In this document: positions 58,498-64,000 of the stretch, one piece after another
Position numbering within the stretch: the stretch's first letter is position 1
Layout of the letters: every line of letters begins with the position of its first letter
Assembly: GCA_965215195.1 (NCBI GenBank)
Contig: CBDCDC010000002.1
Location: forward strand, 2,976,001 to 3,040,000
Direction: 5' to 3'
Length of the DNA: 64,000 bases
Origin: Candidatus Latescibacterota bacterium
Lineage (GTDB): Bacteria; Latescibacterota; UBA2968; UBA8231
The notes under the pieces: model-generated
What the model saw: the letters and a program-made list of their open reading frames with translations, nothing else
What the model was told of the DNA's origin: nothing
The model's database searches: none
Translations under genes and position numbers: made by a program

Positions 58498-58718
58498 AGT
58501 CCTTGGGGCGAAAGCTCGAGATAAGACTCTAGCTGCCATCGCTCGACCGTGGGATAATCTTGGAGAAATTCCTCGATAGAGTGCCCCCCTTTGAGATAAC
58601 TCACTAGGTTGTCCACCGGGACCCGCGTACCGGTGAAAACCAGATCGCCGCTGTGGATTTCAGGATCTCGTTGGACGACCTTCTCCAATACAATATCGTT
58701 CTGCTCTGCATTTGCCAT
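58467..58718 (-). CDS. DUF433 antitoxin-like protein (3' end altered by deletion)
   Basis: DPEIHSGDLVFTGTRVPV..GHSIEEFLQDYPTV, AGGAG RBS. Confidence 0.85.
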   Translation of the reverse strand: MANAEQNDIVLEKVVQRDPEIHSGDLVFTGTRVPVDNLVSYLKGGHSIEEFLQDYPTVERWQLESYLELSPQGLGCWCPNSSD

Positions 58719-59079
58719 CGCCAATTCTCCTTGTTAGTCTGATGAGGGTCCAATCGCCAATAGCTGCTGATTCGCAAACAGCTTTCGCCACGCAAGAAAC
58801 GCATGGCTATTGTCGTCATTGGTCGCGCCTCCTCGCTGGTGAGCGGGCTGGCTTGCAACGCGAGCCTCCCTCACAATTTCCCCTATGAATTTGACTTGCG
58901 CAATCGCGTCTGGTCACTCGGCGGCCTCTATAACATCCCTTGGAGCGATGGCGTAGGCGAGAGACTCGCGGCTCCTGACGCGATGCCGATAAAAGGGGCT
59001 TAGGGAGAATTATTGGTACAAATGGTTGCAAACGCCCGTTCATGTCAACGCGACGTAACCTCTCTCAGGAGTTTGCCTC

Positions 59080-60117
59080 ATGCCGCTCGAATTGATCGCC
59101 GACCGCCCCGGCCATGCAGTCCTCAGCTCGTACCAAGAACCGCCCTTAGCCGCGGACGAAGTTCGCGTCCAAAGCCTCTTCAGCTCGGTCAAGCACGGCA
59201 CTGAGCTGCGCGGCTTTCGCGCTGACACGCCCGACGCCTCTGACCGCTGGGACGGCGAGTTGCGCCTGCACCGCCGCGGCGAATCTGCGGATAGTGGCTT
59301 CCCCCGCCGCCTCGGCAACATGTGCTTGGGCGCGGTCGTCGAAGTGGGTGCCGAGGTCACCACGCTGCGACAAGGCGACCGGGTCTTCGCGCATTTGCCC
59401 ATCCGCGAAACGCACACTGTAGCGGCGGCGCGTGTGCAAAAGGCCCCCGACGGAATTTCGCCGCAAGCTATCATGTATTGGGACCCGGCCGACTTTGCCG
59501 TCGGCGCGGTGCGCGATGGCGCGGTGCGCTTGGGGGATCGCGTCGCCGTCTTCGGACTCGGGGCCATCGGGCTGATGGTGGCGCAGGCCGCGCGTTTGTG
59601 CGGGGCGCGTTGGGTGGCGGTCGTCGATCCCATTGAGCTCCGGCGCACCGCAGCCCTGCGCCACCACGCCGACTTGGCGCTGGATCCGGGGACAATGGAC
59701 GCTGGTTTGGAAATCAAGCGGCACACCGACAAAATCGGCGCGGACATCGCCTTTGAAACGAGCGGCTCGTACCGGGCGTTTGAAGACGCCCTGCGCGCCA
59801 CCTGCTACGCCGGCACCTTGGTTTCGACCGCCTATTACCACGGCGAGCAGGGCTTGCGCTTGGCCGGCGAGTGGCACCGCAACCGCATTCAGGTCATCTC
59901 CAGCCGCGCCAACAGCGAGCCATTGCCGCAGGCGAGTTGGGATTTCGCCCGCATCCGCGCTGAGTCGCTGGCCCTGTTGGTCGCAGGCCGTTTGCAAGCC
60001 GACGATCTCATTGACCCGATTGTGCCCTTTGCGCAAGCGGCCGACGCTTATATGGAGATCAACCAGCATCCCGAGCGTTCGATCAAGCTGGGCATTGATC
60101 AAGCTAGCCGATGTTAA
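59080..60117 (+). CDS. Zinc-binding dehydrogenase-like (MDR) protein
   Basis: SSVKHGTEL, VVEVGAEV..GDRV, VFGLGAIG, GADIAFETSG. Confidence 0.85.
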   Translation: MPLELIADRPGHAVLSSYQEPPLAADEVRVQSLFSSVKHGTELRGFRADTPDASDRWDGELRLHRRGESADSGFPRRLGNMCLGAVVEVGAEVTTLRQGDRVFAHLPIRETHTVAAARVQKAPDGISPQAIMYWDPADFAVGAVRDGAVRLGDRVAVFGLGAIGLMVAQAARLCGARWVAVVDPIELRRTAALRHHADLALDPGTMDAGLEIKRHTDKIGADIAFETSGSYRAFEDALRATCYAGTLVSTAYYHGEQGLRLAGEWHRNRIQVISSRANSEPLPQASWDFARIRAESLALLVAGRLQADDLIDPIVPFAQAADAYMEINQHPERSIKLGIDQASRC

Positions 60118-62035
60118 TCAGCCGGTTGCCCGTCAGGCCGGTGAAGGAGTCGATGATGAGCCACAACCCGGCCGTGCCAAACGCGCCCAGCACCAGCCCC
60201 AAAAAGAACGGGCGCAGGCGCGTGTAGAGCCGAGGACCGCCGTATTTGAGAATGAGCGCCTTGAGCAGCCAAGCGAAAAAAACCGACGGCCAGATGAGCT
60301 GCACCGGATGCGGCAGCCCGATGGCCAAGCCGATGGGGTGAATGGGAAAGCCGACGAAGCGGTTTTTCACAAACGTCAACAGGCCCATCAGGAACGCGCC
60401 GAGCCCGGCAAAGGATAGGTGCCAAACGTGGGTGGGCTGCATGTTGTTGATGTTGTTGGTAATCCAGTTGCCGGTATAGGTCGTCATATAGCCGAATTGC
60501 CAACTGCTCAGGTTGATGCCGCCGTAGGTGTACGCGAGGTGGATGACCGCGGCGATTGAGCCGGCGAGAGTGACCACAATGGCCGCGGCAATGGCCCAGA
60601 ACACGCGCCGATACTCTAGGCGCGTCACTTCCGCTAACTTGAGGCCGGTAGCGGCCGAAGCCATGACGAAAGTGCGGATGTCGGCAGACCAGGGGAAGTT
60701 GAGTGCCAGTGCCGTCAGGCCTGGGGCCCCCACCGACGACGACCCGAGCGTGTTGACGGTAAACACGGCCGGGGCCACTGGAGCGCGGCAATAGGCCAGC
60801 CCGGCCTGCGAGATGATGCGGGCCAAGCCGACGAAGATCACGAGGGCCGAAAGCTGAAAGACAAAGGCGGTCGGCAGGTTCATGTTGGTGGCGTAGAGCG
60901 CGAACAGGCCGAGCAAAAAGCTGCCGATAAATCCAAAAACCGCGACCCGGTACGAGAGCAATTCCCCGCTGTCGTCGATAGAGTTGTCGCCGCGCAGGGC
61001 CTTGCGCCAGACTTGGCGCACGTGCTGCCGCCCGCTCCACAAGCTGGACAGCACTAAGAAGAACAAGGCCCCGAGGGCGATGTGGGCGAGGCTGGGCGGA
61101 GAGGGCGAGGAATAGGGCTGCTCCGGGCCGATGTTCCACCCGGTCATGCGGAACAAGCCGATGGTCACCATGTTGAGGAAGGCGAAGAACCACACGCCCA
61201 TAGAGATGTCGAGGTTGAGCAAGTAGGACAGGCCGACGACCTCAAAGTGCGGGCGAAAGTTGACCCATATAGAGCGGCGCAAAAAGGGCACCCAGAGGTT
61301 TAGGTCGATTTGTGGGACGAAGTTGAAATAGCGGTGCAGGGCGTTGACCGAGCCGATGAGCGCGGGAATGGCAAAGCCGACCCAAGTCAGGTAATTGCGG
61401 TAAAAGGGCGCGACAGCTTGGTCTTTGGCGCGGGCACTCATTTCTATGGGCAAGGTGGCCAGCGGAAAGTTGAGCCGCTCGCGTTCGACCCATTGCTTGC
61501 GCAGCACCACGAGCACGCACAGGGTGGTGAAGTACATGTTGACGACAAACAGGCTCCACGCCATAAGTGGCGTCGCCCAAGCCCCCCAAGGGATGCGCTC
61601 GCCTTGGGCGTTGCCTTCGAACAGCTTTTGGATGGCCGCGCTGTCTTCCGGCACGAGGAGCTGTGATATATAGGGCTGGATGGTGTTGGCCCAGTCGTTT
61701 TCCGGGGTGGCGTAGTAAAAAAACCCGCCGAGGAGCGGGATCAGGTTCATGGTCAGGCCCCAAGAGGGAATGGCGGCCCCTACGACCATCATTATGTATA
61801 CGGTGGCCAACTCGCCGGTGTGCAGGCTGGTGCCGGTGAGCAATCGGGCGAGCGGGTTGATGAGCAAGGTGATGAGAAAGAACAAGAAGAGGGCCGCGCC
61901 GGTTGAGTAGTCGGCGGCCATGGGCGAGCTGCGCATCACCAAGACGCCAAAAGGCTCGCCCGCGGCGATGGCGAGGCAGCCAATGGCTCCGATGGCGATG
62001 GCGCGGAGAGAGACGCGGCGCGGGGGTGCTGACAA
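60104..62035 (-). CDS. DUF6785/DUF6784-like polytopic membrane protein
   Basis: FYYATPENDW, KQWVERERLNFPL, FPIHPIG, LKYGG..RLRPFFLG. Paralog of 9704..11653. Confidence 0.75.
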   Translation of the reverse strand: MSAPPRRVSLRAIAIGAIGCLAIAAGEPFGVLVMRSSPMAADYSTGAALFLFFLITLLINPLARLLTGTSLHTGELATVYIMMVVGAAIPSWGLTMNLIPLLGGFFYYATPENDWANTIQPYISQLLVPEDSAAIQKLFEGNAQGERIPWGAWATPLMAWSLFVVNMYFTTLCVLVVLRKQWVERERLNFPLATLPIEMSARAKDQAVAPFYRNYLTWVGFAIPALIGSVNALHRYFNFVPQIDLNLWVPFLRRSIWVNFRPHFEVVGLSYLLNLDISMGVWFFAFLNMVTIGLFRMTGWNIGPEQPYSSPSPPSLAHIALGALFFLVLSSLWSGRQHVRQVWRKALRGDNSIDDSGELLSYRVAVFGFIGSFLLGLFALYATNMNLPTAFVFQLSALVIFVGLARIISQAGLAYCRAPVAPAVFTVNTLGSSSVGAPGLTALALNFPWSADIRTFVMASAATGLKLAEVTRLEYRRVFWAIAAAIVVTLAGSIAAVIHLAYTYGGINLSSWQFGYMTTYTGNWITNNINNMQPTHVWHLSFAGLGAFLMGLLTFVKNRFVGFPIHPIGLAIGLPHPVQLIWPSVFFAWLLKALILKYGGPRLYTRLRPFFLGLVLGAFGTAGLWLIIDSFTGLTGNRLINIG

Positions 62036-62094
62036 GACTCAGAACTCTATGTTGACGAGGGGACTAGGCCCCGAAACGGAATTTATCGGCAAGG

Positions 62095-62535
62095 TCACCC
62101 GTCCAGTGGGTCTGCAAGGCGGGCTTGGACGATATTGAGCAATTCGCACGGTTCGTAAACCGCCAATAGTGCCGCTCTGAAATCGCTTTCGTTGCGCGTC
62201 ACCAAGGCATCGGCGTCGGCTTGGCGTGCCGCCTCGTGGAGAACGGCATCTTCGAAGTCGCGGAAACCTTCCGCCGCCAGTGCTGCTTCTAGCACCGCCC
62301 GGTTGACCGGGGCTACTTCAAAGAGACGAAGTAATTTGCGAATTTCCCGCCGTGCTTTTTGCGAACCAACGACTTTTGTGGCCAAGTAGTGTATTGTGGT
62401 TAAAGTGGTAGCACCGAGACAGCCAGCGAGGACATTGCGCTCTATCAAAGAGAAAATCTGCGCTGCATTCATTGCGTGTGGCGTCCGGTCTAGCAGCAAG
62501 TCGAGTACGACATGGGTATCGACCATCACTTTCAC
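62095..62535 (-). CDS. PIN-domain (VapC-like) toxin
   Basis: MVDTHVVLD, DFEDA, LVTRNESDF. GTGA overlap with antitoxin. Confidence 0.9.
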   Translation of the reverse strand: MKVMVDTHVVLDLLLDRTPHAMNAAQIFSLIERNVLAGCLGATTLTTIHYLATKVVGSQKARREIRKLLRLFEVAPVNRAVLEAALAAEGFRDFEDAVLHEAARQADADALVTRNESDFRAALLAVYEPCELLNIVQARLADPLDG

Positions 62536-62768
62536 AGGTATTTTTCCTCGAGATGTTCGCGGTATGTATCCTCACTGACCGCAGTGCTTCCCAAGGTGCC
62601 ATATAAAGAACGGGTAAGCGGTGCCAGTGTCTCCGGTTGATCGTCCCGGTCCAGCAGCGCGAAATAGTCGGCCACCATCTGCGATACGGACTTGCCCCGC
62701 TTTTTGGCATGAGCCTTAGCGCGTTCGATCAATTGCTCCTCTAGGCGTAGAGTGAGCTTGGTTTGCAT
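62532..62768 (-). CDS. DUF6364 ribbon-helix-helix antitoxin
   Basis: MQTKLTLRLEEQLIERAK..GKSVSQMVADYF..YREHLEEKYL, GGAGG RBS. Confidence 0.9.
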   Translation of the reverse strand: MQTKLTLRLEEQLIERAKAHAKKRGKSVSQMVADYFALLDRDDQPETLAPLTRSLYGTLGSTAVSEDTYREHLEEKYL

Positions 62769-62782
62769 CAGCCGCCTCCATA

Positions 62783-62833
62783 GATGACGTATAATTTGGT
62801 CGTTATCATACGTCATCCCAGCGCGATTGTCAA
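62783..62833 (-). promoter_or_regulatory. Sigma70 promoter with overlapping palindromic operator of the TA operon
   Basis: Minus strand TTGACA (62828-62833), 17 bp, TATGAT (62805-62810). Perfect inverted repeat GATGACGTAT (62783-62792) / ATACGTCATC (62808-62817). Confidence 0.8.
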
Positions 62834-63032
62834 AGTATGATGGTGGGCCTGCGTTTTTTCCTGTAGTTCGAGGGCGCACGGGCTTAAACTCGGTGGACAT
62901 GCTTGGTACTGTGGCCGATGAATTGGACTCTGGATGTCACGCCAGCTATCTCGCCTAAAAGCCTGCGCCCGTGAAAACGGGTGGCGCGGTGAAGCGTGGG
63001 AAGAGTGCCCGCTGGAACTTGCAGATGGCTTC

Positions 63033-63075
63033 TCAATCGCGCACTACTGCTATTGTGCGCTTGGCGGCCGTGCCG
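63033..63075 (-). repeat. Displaced copy of the 3' end of the FlgD gene (63579..63621)
   Basis: 38/43 nt identical. Encodes GTAAKRTIAVVRD* versus GIAAKRTIAVVRD*. Confidence 0.85.
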
Positions 63076-63095
63076 CCCATACGAGACGCGGTTGT

Positions 63096-63125
63096 GCTCC
63101 GGCTGGCACATAGGACAGCCGGAGC
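63096..63125. terminator. Hairpin downstream of DUF1640-like gene
   Basis: GCTCCGGCTG / CAGCCGGAGC perfect 10-bp stem. No clear U tail on the minus strand. Confidence 0.5.
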
Positions 63126-63137
63126 GGGTTTCGTTGA

Positions 63138-63380
63138 TTAGCCCAGCTTCAACAAGATGGACACCAACAAGCCCACGACGCCGAACAGAATGCCGACAAG
63201 CCAACGAAATTGACTATCCATACGGCGGCGTAGCTCATCCATGTCTTGCCGGTGCTGGCGGGCTAACTCGGCAATGGCTCGTTCAATGGCGTCCAAGCAG
63301 CGATCTAATTGCTCGGCTATTCCTTCGAGCCGCCCAATGCGGCGGTCGTGATCTTGCTGCGGCGTAATCGGTTCATGCAT
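63138..63380 (-). CDS. Small coiled-coil protein with C-terminal TM helix (DUF1640-like)
   Basis: RRIGRLEG..RRMDSQFRWLVGILFGVVGLLVSILLKLG. Upstream TTGCAA-N18-TAAATT promoter-like sequence at 63457-63486. Confidence 0.75.
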   Translation of the reverse strand: MHEPITPQQDHDRRIGRLEGIAEQLDRCLDAIERAIAELARQHRQDMDELRRRMDSQFRWLVGILFGVVGLLVSILLKLG

Positions 63381-63578
63381 GGTTTGGTTTCTTTGCGTTT
63401 GGGTAAAACCGTTCGTCCCCCTCTTGGGCTGCTGTCCAAAGAGTTGTCGCGCCAAAAATTTAACAGACAATCCCCCAGTGTTGCAAATTGTTCACGTCTC
63501 GGGCGATCCATTTCCCAGCTTGGGCATTAGCCGCTCTTTGGGAGCCGGCTGGCAGGAAGTGCGGCGTAGTTTAGTCCT

Positions 63579-64000
63579 TCAATCGCGCACCACTGCTATC
63601 GTGCGCTTGGCCGCGATGCCGTCGGCTTCGAGGAGCAGGTGATAGACGCCGCTGGCCACGAGGCTGCCGGCCGCGTTGCGTCCATCCCACAGCACGTCGT
63701 CGTATTCGTCCGCCCGGCGCGGGCCTAAGTCTCTATCCCAGACGAGCCGGCCGTTGGCGGTAAAAATTGACAGGCGGGTCTGGGTGCTGGGCGCGGCTAG
63801 GTCGAAGGCCAGCTTGGTGTGCGGGTGTTGGCTGGGGCGGAAGGGGTTGGGGTAGTTGGGCTTGAGCCGGGTGGCGAGGGCGGCCGGCGCGTCGGGATCA
63901 GTCAGGTTGGGATCGAATTGCGCGGTAAGTAGGTGCTGATAGGCCAAGCCGGTGCGCTCGGCTGCGGTGGCGACGAGGACGATCTCGTCGAACTGGTCCC
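63579..64000 (-). CDS. C-terminal part of a secreted protein with FlgD-Ig/T9SS-like tail (5' truncated by window edge)
   Basis: NYPNPF..LSIFTANGRLV..WDGRNAAGSLVASGVY. Frame open to the window end. Confidence 0.8.
   Translation of the reverse strand, partial: DQFDEIVLVATAAERTGLAYQHLLTAQFDPNLTDPDAPAALATRLKPNYPNPFRPSQHPHTKLAFDLAAPSTQTRLSIFTANGRLVWDRDLGPRRADEYDDVLWDGRNAAGSLVASGVYHLLLEADGIAAKRTIAVVRD

Noticed and set aside
58735-58970. Possible DUF1156 methylase remnant (AFLAWRKLFANQQLLA)
   Set aside because: One short motif-like match with an in-frame stop upstream is too weak without a search.
1-64000. rRNA, tRNA, riboswitch or CRISPR array
   Set aside because: None was recognised by eye. A covariance-model scan (Infernal/Rfam, tRNAscan-SE) is needed to exclude small RNAs.

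Overview
GC-rich bacterial chromosomal window. The gene families (FlgD-Ig-tailed discoidin-like proteins, a TAVExxTWGxVK-tailed secreted protein, four CRTAC1/ASPIC-UnbV proteins, two DUF6785-like membrane proteins, five PhyH dioxygenases) suggest Candidatus Latescibacterota or a related FCB lineage, possibly a host-associated symbiont (inference). Positions 1-24 kb are mainly cell-envelope and secreted proteins. Positions 24-64 kb mix catabolic enzymes with accessory DNA. Mobile and repeat DNA includes two 885-bp IS982-family copies, each splitting a gene that can be rebuilt in frame, two copies of a MITE with internal REP-like hairpins, a 21-bp direct repeat around a two-gene FlgD cassette, and small promoter-bearing DUF1640-like cassettes, one bounded by a duplicated gene 3' end. 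There is also a solitary PLD-nuclease/P-loop NTPase fusion (defence candidate), TA genes, and at least eight deletion-eroded gene remnants. I saw no rRNA, tRNA or CRISPR array. All family assignments come from motif recognition by eye, not from database searches.
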